The notes under the pieces: model-generated | Databases searched by the model: none | What the model was told of the DNA's origin: nothing | The model's input: the letters and a program-made list of their open reading frames with translations, nothing else | Origin: Promethearchaeota archaeon | GTDB taxonomy: Archaea > Asgardarchaeota > Lokiarchaeia > Sigyniarchaeales > SOKP01 | Length of the DNA: 64,000 nt | NCBI GenBank assembly: GCA_019057795.1 | Contig: JAHLWS010000078.1 | Location: 64,001 to 128,000, forward strand | Direction: 5' to 3' | Position numbers and translations under genes: made by a program | Shown: piece after piece, positions 10,441 through 20,395 of the stretch | Numbering within the stretch: position 1 is the first letter of the stretch | Layout: each line of letters opens with the position of its first letter

Positions 10441-10478
10441 ATCTCCCTCCCCCGTGTTGCTCCCTCCTAAAAAATCGG
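10441..10478 (+). repeat. Site A copy 5
   Basis: ATCTCCCTCCCCCGTGTTGCTCCCTCCTAAAAAATCGG. Confidence 0.95.
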
Positions 10479-10542
10479 ACATTACTCTGATTTTATATTT
10501 TTAATTTAATCTAACATTATGAAAAAATAATGAGTATTAAAG

Positions 10543-10623
10543 AGGGAAATGGTGGGAGTTGAACCCACGCTCGTCTGATTGACGGTCAGTGATCTGCCCG
10601 CGCAGTCAGGGAGATGGTCTCCC
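10543..10623 (-). tRNA. Non-canonical tRNA-like RNA (apparent GTC anticodon, Asp-like)
   Basis: Minus strand: T arm GTGGG-TTCAACT-CCCAC, anticodon arm CTGA-CCGTCAA-TCAG, 6-bp acceptor GGGAGA/TTTCCC, extended D arm, TTTATA about 20-25 nt upstream. Confidence 0.55.
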
Positions 10624-10708
10624 ATATTTATTATTAATATTATAAAATAAATTTAGCCTAATAAATATATACATTATAGTAAAAATAATAAAAGGCTATC
10701 TTACATAT

Positions 10709-10746
10709 TATTCCTCCCCCATGGTGCCCCCTCCTAAAAAAGTAGG
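10709..10746 (+). repeat. Site A copy 6
   Basis: TTCCTCCCCCATGGTGCCCCCTCCTAAAAAAGTAGG. Confidence 0.95.
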
Positions 10747-10817
10747 TGAATATTGAATATAATTCAACAGATATTTAAAAAAGGAATTTATATCTAATAC
10801 AAAGGCTTAAGCAAAAA

Positions 10818-11957
10818 ATGAAATCTTTAGTAATCGCACTAGATACAAATGTCTTTCTACACTGTAAAAATTTTACTCAAATACAATGGGATAAAATTTT
10901 CGGAGATGATTTTGATGAAATGCTTATCTTAATCCCTTGTATGGTTTTGAAGGAATTAGACAATTTGAAATATCAAAATAAAAATGCTTTAAAAGCACTT
11001 AATAAAATAAGAGACATTGAAACTGGAAAATTTCAAGTAAAAGCGTTCGGATTAATTTCATCGATCTTACTACCTAATTGGGATAAACTTTTAGAATTGC
11101 ATAAGCAAAAACTCTCTAGGGATGAATCTGATCACCAAATTCTTGCTGAAGTTCTACTCTATCATCAAGATAATCCACAATGTAAGGTTGTGTTTGTGAC
11201 GGGTGACTATTTACCTTCAAAGTTATCTAAAGAAATAAATATTGAATGCTTATATTGGTTGGATGAAAATTTTAGAATATATTTTGAAAAAGAGAAAATT
11301 TCTACATCAAAACTAGAACCATTGGAGATTTATTTTACTGAAGAAGAAAAATTTTCAAAAGAAATCACACTGAGTAAAACAATTATTCCTCAAGAACCTT
11401 TAAGATTGGAAGATTATGAAAAAGATTTTTCTAAACCTATCCCTCATCCATTAATCTCTCATAAACCAAAAGAAGATTTTCAGCGTGAACTTGATGATTA
11501 TAACAATAAAATGGAAGAACTTTGTCGATATGCAGAAATATATCTTAGCTTAAAAAATAATTCAAATGCCCCATTTACCAACATTGATTTGTATATTCAA
11601 ATGGAATTGGAAAAGGGTTTTAAAGTAAAATATAGTAATGATATTGAGTTTCCAGAACGACCAAAAGTTATAGGTGGTCTTACTTATTTAAAACCTATAT
11701 TTCCCTCTTATTCAGTACCTAAAGAACCAAATGTAAAATATCATAAAATTATACATATAGAAAACGAGCGTAATTATGTCTGGATTATCCAAAATAGAGT
11801 TGGAAAAATAAAGCATAACGAAACAGAAATTCTTTATCCCTTAATGTTATGGATTCCAGAATATCCATCAACAGAAAAGATAGTTATTCAGGTATCTTTT
11901 ACGCAAGATCAAGAAGGGAAGATAAATGACCAAATATTATCAATTATTCTCGTATAA
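10818..11957 (+). CDS. PIN-domain ribonuclease protein
   Basis: IALDTNVFLH...VLKELDNLK...SDHQIL...FVTGD. Confidence 0.85.
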   Translation: MKSLVIALDTNVFLHCKNFTQIQWDKIFGDDFDEMLILIPCMVLKELDNLKYQNKNALKALNKIRDIETGKFQVKAFGLISSILLPNWDKLLELHKQKLSRDESDHQILAEVLLYHQDNPQCKVVFVTGDYLPSKLSKEINIECLYWLDENFRIYFEKEKISTSKLEPLEIYFTEEEKFSKEITLSKTIIPQEPLRLEDYEKDFSKPIPHPLISHKPKEDFQRELDDYNNKMEELCRYAEIYLSLKNNSNAPFTNIDLYIQMELEKGFKVKYSNDIEFPERPKVIGGLTYLKPIFPSYSVPKEPNVKYHKIIHIENERNYVWIIQNRVGKIKHNETEILYPLMLWIPEYPSTEKIVIQVSFTQDQEGKINDQILSIILV

Positions 11958-12238
11958 GATCTTAATTATAACTTATTAATTTGATGTTTTCTCTTCTTTT
12001 TAAAACACATTATTTATATATATTGATTATATTATAAACCGGTTCTTATTAAAAATCAAATAAAACATAGATAGCTTTATGATGTCCAATACAATCAAAA
12101 TCTAAGTATTATGCATTCCAAACACTACCTTAAAATCTGAATAAACTCAATTTAATAGTCTTAATAAGATTTTTTATTTTTGTACACATGAAATTATTTA
12201 ATTTCAAATTGTTTAATCAAAATATGTAAGTAAAGGAA

Positions 12239-12439
12239 GTGATCGGTTTGAGATTAGATGGAGAAGGAACCTTTTTTGGTGAAATCATCGATACTCCAGA
12301 AGAATTTGTCGAAGACCTCTGCGATAGAGTCAATACCGTCTATAGCACTGCAATGGACGAGGACGATAAAATGAATCAACTCGCCTATCTCATCGGATTT
12401 CTGATTGCTCTTAAAGGAAGGCTGAATCGAGTTTTCTGA
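12239..12439 (+). CDS. Repeat family B copy 2
   Basis: Paralogue of 6015..6224 with altered last codons. Confidence 0.8.
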   Translation: MIGLRLDGEGTFFGEIIDTPEEFVEDLCDRVNTVYSTAMDEDDKMNQLAYLIGFLIALKGRLNRVF

Positions 12440-12642
12440 AAATAAAGAGAATTTTCGTCTATTCCCAACGAAATGTTAGACATGAATGGGAGATAATCGA
12501 ATTTTTATATTAAATAATAGATTGGGGATAGAAGAAGATTCAATTATTGCTCCATCTTCAAATGAAATGTTTCAAATCAGCAATAATTTAGATGTACAGA
12601 TTAAAAAAGCTATAGAAGAAATTTAAAAAAACTAAACAAGAA

Positions 12643-12933
12643 ATGCAAGTGTATTACTCCTATAGCCTGAAAGGATATGTTTTAGCTAAAATGGATATTC
12701 TCACTACAAAACCTAATGAATTAAACCAGTTAAAAATAGGTGATTGGAGTGATGTTTTATTAATTTCATTAGACAACGATTTAATTAATAATTTCTTGAC
12801 AAAATTAAAATCTAAACCCCAAACTAATTTATATATTATCACATCCTCAGTGGATCCAGACACAACCTATATGAATTTAGAAAGATTTGATAATTTTGGA
12901 TTAGATCTCAAAGTATTTAAAATGATTAGATAA
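12643..12933 (+). CDS. Hypothetical protein (possibly a fragment)
   Basis: 96-aa ORF, no recognised motif. Confidence 0.35.
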   Translation: MQVYYSYSLKGYVLAKMDILTTKPNELNQLKIGDWSDVLLISLDNDLINNFLTKLKSKPQTNLYIITSSVDPDTTYMNLERFDNFGLDLKVFKMIR

Positions 12934-13140
12934 CCTATTAATAATTTAATATAAAGTTTAATGAGCATTTAATAGGGTAAATATTTTCAAGTATATTAAT
13001 AAAAAAATTACATTTTAATCACACCTATGTTTGAAATAATATTTTTTAATTTGATTTATATAAATGAAGATTCATATAATGGTTACTTTCCTCTCCCAAT
13101 TTCATTTTCTTCATTATATCAAATTAGATGTGAGGTAATA

Positions 13141-13770
13141 TTGGGAAAATATTTAAAAGAAAAAAACCCTCATGTTGATGGTAAAATAAAAATTTTAGAT
13201 GGTTCTTCTAAACCGAATCCAAAAATTATTTTCGAATGTCAAACATCTGACAAGTTTGTTGATTCATTTATTTATAATCCATTAAATAAATCAAATGAAG
13301 GAGTATCAGCTTTATTATCTTATGATTTTGCAAATGTAGATCTCCCTTTCATATTATTAATTGAAATCTTTGAAATAAAGATGAAATTTATTGATTCCTT
13401 AAATACTTCAAAGAAAAATAAAAATGAAATCCTCCAGATAAACATTAGATACTTATTAAAAAATTATAAAGATGCCTTAATTAGAATTGGCACTTTAGGA
13501 GAGGCAATAGCTAAAGAATTAATGCGAAAGCTTAAAATTCCTTGGAAAGATTTTAGGGGGGCAATAAATGCTCTGGTACATAAAGATATAACCCGATCAA
13601 GAATAAATTATCAGTATCTGGGACATCTACTCTCTCCCCTTTATTATATAAGAAACCAAACTCATCATTCAGAACCTAAGATTGAAATTAATGAAACTGT
13701 AGCTGAATTTGCTATAAAGAATTTAACTTTAATATTAGAACATATTTATGATAAAAATATTAGATTTTAA
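13141..13770 (+). CDS. HEPN/DUF4145-like protein
   Basis: YKDALIRIGTLGE...RNQTHH; TTG start after GAGGT RBS (ORF track starts at 13027). Confidence 0.65.
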   Translation: MGKYLKEKNPHVDGKIKILDGSSKPNPKIIFECQTSDKFVDSFIYNPLNKSNEGVSALLSYDFANVDLPFILLIEIFEIKMKFIDSLNTSKKNKNEILQINIRYLLKNYKDALIRIGTLGEAIAKELMRKLKIPWKDFRGAINALVHKDITRSRINYQYLGHLLSPLYYIRNQTHHSEPKIEINETVAEFAIKNLTLILEHIYDKNIRF

Positions 13771-13914
13771 TTAAAATTATTATGGATTTCTAAGAGTATT
13801 TCTAAGAGTAATCCTTTCAATTTCTAAGAGGACCTGTCTCTGATCTGGTGTCACTTTGCTATATTTTTGCCTATCTGCCTTATATTCATTCACAGAATCA
13901 CAAACTTAAGTTTT

Positions 13915-15048
13915 TTATTTATTTCCAATAAAAAAATCTTTAAAGAGCGAAAATTGATATTCATAGTTTTTATCAATGGATTTGATATAAACTTCATAGA
14001 ACATGAAAAAGGAATTCTGAAATTTTCGGAAATCCCGGAATAGCGTTTCAAATTCTTTCAATCCCATTTCCACGGTCTTTTCCCAATACGCTTTTCCTTT
14101 TCTTTCCCGTTTTAAGTTGAATTTGAGCTTAATTTCTTCTAACTTTCGATCATATAATACATCAAATCCCCTTGCATGATTAATTGCATTTCTATAATCA
14201 ATGAGATTTTCTTTATCAGAACGTTCAATTTGTAAAGAACTGCGTGGATTAAGATAATAACCAAGACCTTTCTCAAAATCATCAAAATCATCAAAATCAT
14301 CATTTTGGTCTATTTTTTGGAGATTATAAATGGAAACAATGATCGCCTTTAAAAAAGGTTCAATAACCCTCCCAAATCTATATACAAATTCATTCATACA
14401 GTCAACAAGATCCTCATCGGAGAGCTTGAATAATTCTTGTTTTTTAGTAAAAATAATCTTTAAAAAACTTTCAATAAGATTCATTGTTGTATCGATTTTA
14501 AAATTTTCAAATTGGAGTCCAAGTTTATTATAACTAGATTTAATAAATAATGTATCCGGCTGTTGTTGGCGTTCTACATATTTTAGTGCTAATTTAAACG
14601 ATTTTACCACCTTACTCTTATTTACTTGTTCTGCACTATCCAATTCTTCGAGAAATCTTTTTTTTATCAAGTCTTCAAACTCATTACCCGTAGAAATGGA
14701 AAGTAATTCTTTATGAAAATCTACTGATTGGACAATTTGCACAGAATTTTTAACTATATCTTCAATTTGTTTTACCATTTTAGGATTTTTCTTGGAAAAT
14801 TGAGCAGTTACTTTTAAAATTGTCTCTATATATTTTTTAGGTGGCATATCTAATTGGATATTTTGTTCAAGTTCTTCACCGAGCTTAGAAGAAACCCCTA
14901 AGATTTTTATTATATTTTTAAAAAAGGAAAGCATTAGCTCTTTATTTGTATTTTTTTCTAAATCCTTTTCAAGTTCTTCTAAAGATAGTCCTTCCCCGAA
15001 TATTTCTTCAAAATATTTAAATCCTTCCTTTTCCCAATTATCATTCAT
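13915..15048 (-). CDS. HEPN-like protein
   Basis: C-terminal YRNAINH. Confidence 0.6.
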   Translation of the reverse strand: MNDNWEKEGFKYFEEIFGEGLSLEELEKDLEKNTNKELMLSFFKNIIKILGVSSKLGEELEQNIQLDMPPKKYIETILKVTAQFSKKNPKMVKQIEDIVKNSVQIVQSVDFHKELLSISTGNEFEDLIKKRFLEELDSAEQVNKSKVVKSFKLALKYVERQQQPDTLFIKSSYNKLGLQFENFKIDTTMNLIESFLKIIFTKKQELFKLSDEDLVDCMNEFVYRFGRVIEPFLKAIIVSIYNLQKIDQNDDFDDFDDFEKGLGYYLNPRSSLQIERSDKENLIDYRNAINHARGFDVLYDRKLEEIKLKFNLKRERKGKAYWEKTVEMGLKEFETLFRDFRKFQNSFFMFYEVYIKSIDKNYEYQFSLFKDFFIGNK

Positions 15049-15076
15049 TTTATTTATTCAAGTTTCTTTCATTAAT

Positions 15077-15185
15077 TTGTCCTATCCTATAATAAATGCA
15101 ACAGAAATATATCTTTTTCCTAATTCTCTCCTATTATTATTATCGCCCTCCCCCGTGGTGCCCCCTCCTAATTACTCGGGGAAAA
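15077..15185 (+). repeat. Site A copy 7 (long form)
   Basis: TTGTCCTATCCTATAATAAATGCAACAGAAATATATCTTTTTCC...ATCGCCCTCCCCCGTGGTGCCCCCTCCTAATTACTCGGGG. Confidence 0.95.
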
Positions 15186-15262
15186 ATTATTTTTAATTAC
15201 CTTTATAGTGAGGAAATATGGGACTCTTAATTATTGAAGGTTAATCCGTGGAGAAGAATAAA

Positions 15263-15781
15263 CTACTCAAAAATTTTATCATACTCTTCTAAAGCTTCAA
15301 TTAAAAAGTTTTTTATCCTTTTGCGATATTTTTCATTGAGTGAATAACTTTGATTTTTACTATCTATGTGGATAAGATTTTCCTTTTTCATATTTTTAAC
15401 TCGTATTCGAATACCGCCTATTTGTGGTCCCAATTGACGAGCTGAAAAATTTTCATAATTACGCTTGTCATTTTGTCTAATAACTTGTAATATTCCCTCT
15501 CTAGTAAGTGACTCATTCATACGGAGCATATTAAGTATCATTACTTGTAAATTATTGGATTCTTTAATGAGGATATTTAATTCTTCGTTAGTCCATTCAG
15601 TTCTAAATTCACCTGAGATTTTAGAAAAATCTAATATTGGAAGCAAAAGTTTTAAAGGTTCATAATAAGTATCAACAAATTCTTGGAATAGTATTTGATT
15701 CCTAAAAGGAATTTCAATACCCCCCATTTTAATACCGACTACTTTTTGATTATCAAAGGTCGGAATTATATCAACATTCAT
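15263..15781 (-). CDS. Protein with C-terminal winged-helix domain
   Basis: ...QIGGIRIRVKNMKKENLIHIDSKNQSYSLNEKY pattern. Confidence 0.55.
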   Translation of the reverse strand: MNVDIIPTFDNQKVVGIKMGGIEIPFRNQILFQEFVDTYYEPLKLLLPILDFSKISGEFRTEWTNEELNILIKESNNLQVMILNMLRMNESLTREGILQVIRQNDKRNYENFSARQLGPQIGGIRIRVKNMKKENLIHIDSKNQSYSLNEKYRKRIKNFLIEALEEYDKIFE

Positions 15782-15847
15782 TTTTTTAATTAATATTTTA
15801 TATTTCTAGTTATTTTATAGTACGCAATCTATTTAAGTTTTCGGATC

Positions 15848-15891
15848 GATCACTTTTATTTTATGATTGATCACTTTTTTCGTAAGTGATT
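15848..15891. promoter_or_regulatory. Putative operator
   Basis: GATCACTTTT twice, 21 bp apart, plus inverted AAGTGAT, upstream of the wHTH gene. Confidence 0.4.
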
Positions 15892-16200
15892 GCTATTAAA
15901 TTATAAGTTTACCAATCAAGACTCAGAGCAGATTTTGAAAGTTAAAATCATCATAAAACCGGAATTATAGTTTTTTGGAAATCACCCTCAACCGGGGAAA
16001 TTTAGGAGTACTGTTGGGATTTAGATGAATACCGAGAAATGGTTAAATCGGAAAGAGAATTCAGTAAAAGAGAAACTCGAAGCTTAAATTTAATTCTTAG
16101 CTTGACTTATCTTCTAAGAATAAAATATAAAAATTCATGAATAAAGCTATTAGATAACTGAGAATTAAGTAAGATTCAAAAAAAAATAATTAAAATATAT

Positions 16201-16344
16201 TACATAACATTTTGGGAGAGTTTAATCATGCAATAAATTCTTTTAATCCTATTTTAATAAAAAATATTTATAAGCATTACTTTTTTGTTAAATTAATAGC
16301 ATAATTATAGATCCTTAGATCTGAAAACTTAATTAAATTAAAAA
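16201..16344 (+). repeat. ~145-bp leader/promoter duplicated at 27072-27215
   Basis: Near-identical TACATAACATTTTGGGAGAG...GATCTGAAAACTTAATTAAA. Confidence 0.9.
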
Positions 16345-16362
16345 TGAAGTTTATGAATAAAT

Positions 16363-17148
16363 ATGAGTGTTAAGAAAAAAGAGATATTATTAAAACAGAT
16401 AGAAGAGATTTTTGAGGAATTTAAATTTGTGAAAAACAATTATCGCCAAGGCCATTATCCAGTTATACATTATTATAACGCTGAAGAGGGTGCGAGAATT
16501 CAAGCTTTGTATACCAAAATAATCTCATTGGTCAGAAGGTTTTATGGTCCAGAATCTCAATATTTTATACAAGTTAAGGATTTAGCTTCTAAGCTTACTA
16601 GATCTAATTTGGAGCTGATAATTGGAGTCTTAACTGCTATTTATGATATTTTGAAGAAGGATTATGAAGATCTGGATTTAGTAAGACCTATAACTTTGAA
16701 GTTTGAGAAAATCATTGAGGACATGAATCTTAATGACCAAATTTATCAGGATGTTGTTGACGAAATTAATGGGACATATAGGCACTATTACTTTAATTCT
16801 ATGTACATAATAATTCGAAAGTTATTGGAAAATCTTGTTTATGACTGTCTCAATAAGTATTATGGAACAAATCAAATAGAATTATACTATAATACAAGTA
16901 AAAATAGACATCATGGTTTTGGTACTTTAATTGAGAATTTTAACATCTTAATTAAGGTTATGAATTTCAAAACATCAGTTGGTGATATTGAACAAAATAT
17001 TATTGATTGGCTTAAAAATTTCCAAGAAAAAGGTAATAAAAATGCACATTCTTTATTTAGTCTTGCACATCAAGAAATGGTTGAAGAAAATAAAGATAAA
17101 ATAAATGAACTTATAAAAAAATTAATTTACATAAAAGAAAAATTATAA
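16363..17148 (+). CDS. DUF4145/HEPN-like protein
   Basis: EINGTY...IIRKLLENL...GNKNAH. Confidence 0.65.
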   Translation: MSVKKKEILLKQIEEIFEEFKFVKNNYRQGHYPVIHYYNAEEGARIQALYTKIISLVRRFYGPESQYFIQVKDLASKLTRSNLELIIGVLTAIYDILKKDYEDLDLVRPITLKFEKIIEDMNLNDQIYQDVVDEINGTYRHYYFNSMYIIIRKLLENLVYDCLNKYYGTNQIELYYNTSKNRHHGFGTLIENFNILIKVMNFKTSVGDIEQNIIDWLKNFQEKGNKNAHSLFSLAHQEMVEENKDKINELIKKLIYIKEKL

Positions 17149-17213
17149 TTTCATCGTAAGAATAGCATATAAAATATGACCTGTACATATTTTCAAGAAA
17201 TATCGATTTTTAT

Positions 17214-18269
17214 TCATTGAACTCCAAAACTAACATTTTCCATATATTTCCTATCGAGTTCATCCCTAAGATATGAGATAATATTTAAAATTCGTGACTT
17301 AAAATCACGAACCATATAATCATCGATTTGATTATCCTGTAGAGTGCCATGAATAATTTTATGTCGCTTTTTAATGTAATCATCAAGAAAATTGAGAGTT
17401 TCATTAAAACCATTAAGATCGATATTGAAAAAGGTTTTAAACAATTTTTTTATACCCCATTTTCCAGAAACCTTTTGAAAATTAAGAATTTTCATTATTT
17501 TCGCTTGCTTTTTTAAAATTTCTTTCAATATTTCAAATCTTCCTATTTCCATTCCATTATTTCCTTGTTTTTTATGAATGTATTCATTATAAACCCCTAA
17601 ACTCTTACAAATGTTATGAATTTTTTCCCAATATCGTACATTTTTCCATTTTTCTGCTAAATCTAATTTTATTCGATCAATACCAATTTTTATCCCATTT
17701 ATCTCTTTAAATCTTGAATAATAACCTAAAATAAAGGACTTACTAATTTTTGGATCAATTATAATCCCTAGCTTTTCATAAATCTCATCATCAAACTCAT
17801 CATCTAGAACAAACCATGATTCATTATGTAGAAAAAATAAATCTCTTGTGATATTTTCAAAGGCAGATACTAGAAAAACTAGACCTACAGCATAGTGGCC
17901 ATCTTTTAGTAGATTTTCTACTCTCTGTAGATTAATAGAATAAGCATTATCTACCCTTAATTGATTTAATTTCCCTAATGCGTAGCTTTCGCCTAACTCT
18001 TGAAGCTTATCTTCTTGTTTTATCTCTTCAACTGAAACAAATAGATAGTCATCTCCTTGGCGTGGATTATTAACAAAAATACAATTTAATTCTGTATTTT
18101 TCTCATCTATTAATGCGAGTCCAACAAGGTTTTTTCTCTTAGGAAAAACTTCAATAGTAGGTTTTCCTTGAAATAGTTTAATTCCCTCTTTTTTTAAATA
18201 CTCAAGATAATATTTAATAATCTTTTTTACACTATTCAAAGGGATTTGATCCTTGATATTTTCAGTCAT
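17214..18269 (-). CDS. HEPN-domain protein
   Basis: LVSAFE...KRHKIIHG. Confidence 0.65.
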   Translation of the reverse strand: MTENIKDQIPLNSVKKIIKYYLEYLKKEGIKLFQGKPTIEVFPKRKNLVGLALIDEKNTELNCIFVNNPRQGDDYLFVSVEEIKQEDKLQELGESYALGKLNQLRVDNAYSINLQRVENLLKDGHYAVGLVFLVSAFENITRDLFFLHNESWFVLDDEFDDEIYEKLGIIIDPKISKSFILGYYSRFKEINGIKIGIDRIKLDLAEKWKNVRYWEKIHNICKSLGVYNEYIHKKQGNNGMEIGRFEILKEILKKQAKIMKILNFQKVSGKWGIKKLFKTFFNIDLNGFNETLNFLDDYIKKRHKIIHGTLQDNQIDDYMVRDFKSRILNIISYLRDELDRKYMENVSFGVQ

Positions 18270-18448
18270 AAAACGAACTCCTATATCAATATTTATCTTA
18301 ATTTATAATAATTGTGATAATTAGTAAAATATTAGTAATATTTGGTATCATTTGGGAATCCTATAATTTAAATATAATTGCAGTTTAATAGGATTAAAAT
18401 CCTCCTTTATTTTAGGATCTATTTTAATAAATTAATATTGAGATAACA

Positions 18449-19309
18449 ATGATTATTGAAAAGGACTTTGAGTCTATAAGAGACAATTTAATTGAAATAA
18501 AAATAATTATTAATAAGATTGAAATTGAACTAAGAAATTCCCAAATTGATCGGTCTGAATGCAAACACTTTTTATATTCTTTATATGCCACTTTCCATAA
18601 ATTAAGGGACATTTTAATCGAATTCATAGGTGTAGAAGAGTCAAAGCTTAAAGAAGGATTTGAGAAATACATTATAATCTCCTTTGAAGAATTCATTGAT
18701 TCATATCGAAGGGAATTTAAAAGGTCTTATGCGACTTATAATTCTGGAATTTTTAATGAGATTGGAAATAAAATTAATAACATTGCTGAGATGTGTGATT
18801 CGAGAGAAGGATTGACAGGAGCTTATTATCAGGATACTAGCTATATTAAAAATAAAATATATGTGCTTATTAATGCATTTAAAATCTTCATAGAAAGAAT
18901 TAATAAATTAATCCTAAAACCAGTTAAAAAAGGTATATCTGCGACTTTTTCTATAAATGAATTTATTTTACAAAATCCATTGGGATTAAATCTGAATTGG
19001 ATAATTTCTACTTGCTATTTAAGTGCTATTGAGATATTAACAATAAGCAAAAGACAAGAATTTGGTATAGTTAAAAATAAAAAGACAGAGATGAACCTAC
19101 CTTTTGATCAAAAGTTAGATGAGTTGCTTAAAGAAGTTGAAGATAGAGGAATACAATTGGATAAGAAAATGTTAGGATTTCAAAAAATGTTGAGAGATTA
19201 TAGAACTCAGGTAATTCATTATGGATATATTCCCAATGACAAGGAATTAGGACTAATTATTGAATATGCCAATAAAACATTGTCTGAATTAAGTAAAATT
19301 AAAATATAA
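18449..19309 (+). CDS. HEPN-domain protein
   Basis: LSAIE...YRTQVIHYG. Confidence 0.65.
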   Translation: MIIEKDFESIRDNLIEIKIIINKIEIELRNSQIDRSECKHFLYSLYATFHKLRDILIEFIGVEESKLKEGFEKYIIISFEEFIDSYRREFKRSYATYNSGIFNEIGNKINNIAEMCDSREGLTGAYYQDTSYIKNKIYVLINAFKIFIERINKLILKPVKKGISATFSINEFILQNPLGLNLNWIISTCYLSAIEILTISKRQEFGIVKNKKTEMNLPFDQKLDELLKEVEDRGIQLDKKMLGFQKMLRDYRTQVIHYGYIPNDKELGLIIEYANKTLSELSKIKI

Positions 19310-19397
19310 AAGTAAAAACAAAGCTTTTAATTGATAATTTCAAATTCTTCGATACAAGAAAGAAAAAGAATCAATTTTTCTCAGTTTTTTTAAATTT

Positions 19398-19496
19398 TTG
19401 TCTTAACCTATAATAAATGGAATATAAATATATCTTTTTCCTTGTTCTTCAATAATCATTATCTCCCTCCCCCGTGGTGCCCCCTCCTAAAAAAGT
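19398..19496 (+). repeat. Site A copy 8 (long form)
   Basis: TTGTCTTAACCTATAATAAATGG...ATATATCTTTTTC...ATCTCCCTCCCCCGTGGTGCCCCCTCCTAAAAAAGT. Confidence 0.95.
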
Positions 19497-19550
19497 GAAT
19501 GTCTTCTCCTCTCCCAATTGCCTAGGGAATTTATTTTTAAGTAAAAGTTA

Positions 19551-20093
19551 CTATTTTATTACTTCAGGCTCAATATTTGGTCCAGGATGCCAAATTAAAA
19601 AGATATTTTCGGAATAATCTTTAGTCTTCTCTTTAAAAGTCTCTAAAATATTATTATTAAATCTATCAAATCCATTAGAGTAAATTAGCATAATTCCATA
19701 ATGATATTCTGCTTGTTCAATGAAATCTAATATTTTACCCAAATCCTTTTCTAAGTTAGAAAATTTATCTTCGATATTTCTGATTGACTTCACTTCAATT
19801 ATAACTAAATTATGATCCATATAACTACGATAATGAACAACAAAATCGGGTATTTTTGCACCAATATTCTTCTCAATTATGGGGTGAGCTTTTTTGTCAA
19901 GTTCTCCATCCAGCATATATTCATAATCATCACCCAATAATTTTCGCAACTGGTGATATAATTCATAGCAATATACTCTTTCCCGATATCTCTTGTCTGG
20001 TAATTTGTACATTGAGACAGTTATATATTTTTCATCAATCAAAGTTATGGCTTTTTTAAACTTTTCCACAAAATAATCAAAATCATTTTCCAT
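19551..20093 (-). CDS. PD-(D/E)XK nuclease-family protein
   Basis: RERVYCYELYHQLR...IPDFVVH...NLVIIEVK. Confidence 0.7.
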   Translation of the reverse strand: MENDFDYFVEKFKKAITLIDEKYITVSMYKLPDKRYRERVYCYELYHQLRKLLGDDYEYMLDGELDKKAHPIIEKNIGAKIPDFVVHYRSYMDHNLVIIEVKSIRNIEDKFSNLEKDLGKILDFIEQAEYHYGIMLIYSNGFDRFNNNILETFKEKTKDYSENIFLIWHPGPNIEPEVIK

Positions 20094-20125
20094 AAAATCA
20101 CTCTCATTTCGAATTAAAATTACTT

Positions 20126-20233
20126 TTGTCTTAACCTAATATTAACGCAATAGAAATATATCTTTTTCCATATTCTCACCTATTATTAATATAAACTCCC
20201 CCGTGGTGCCCCCTCCTAAAAAAGTAGGGGTGG
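20126..20233 (+). repeat. Site A copy 9 (long form)
   Basis: TTGTCTTAACCTAATATTAACGCAATAGAAATATATCTTTTTCC...CTCCCCCGTGGTGCCCCCTCCTAAAAAAGTAGGGGTGG. Confidence 0.95.
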
Positions 20234-20395
20234 AAGGATGTTAAAGTGGAGATTATTTTCTATCCCATATTTTCCTCTCAATTGATAGTATTAAATAGTT
20301 GGATTAATCACTAATTCTATTATCTCTTTAACAATAAAGTAAAAAAATAATATGAGGATTTAAAGTAGTGATAATTATAAAAAGGTTAGATTATT

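Noticed and set aside
10543-10623. tRNA-Sec (a TCA triplet is present in the loop)
   Set aside because: The 7-nt loop centres on GTC and there is no long variable arm.
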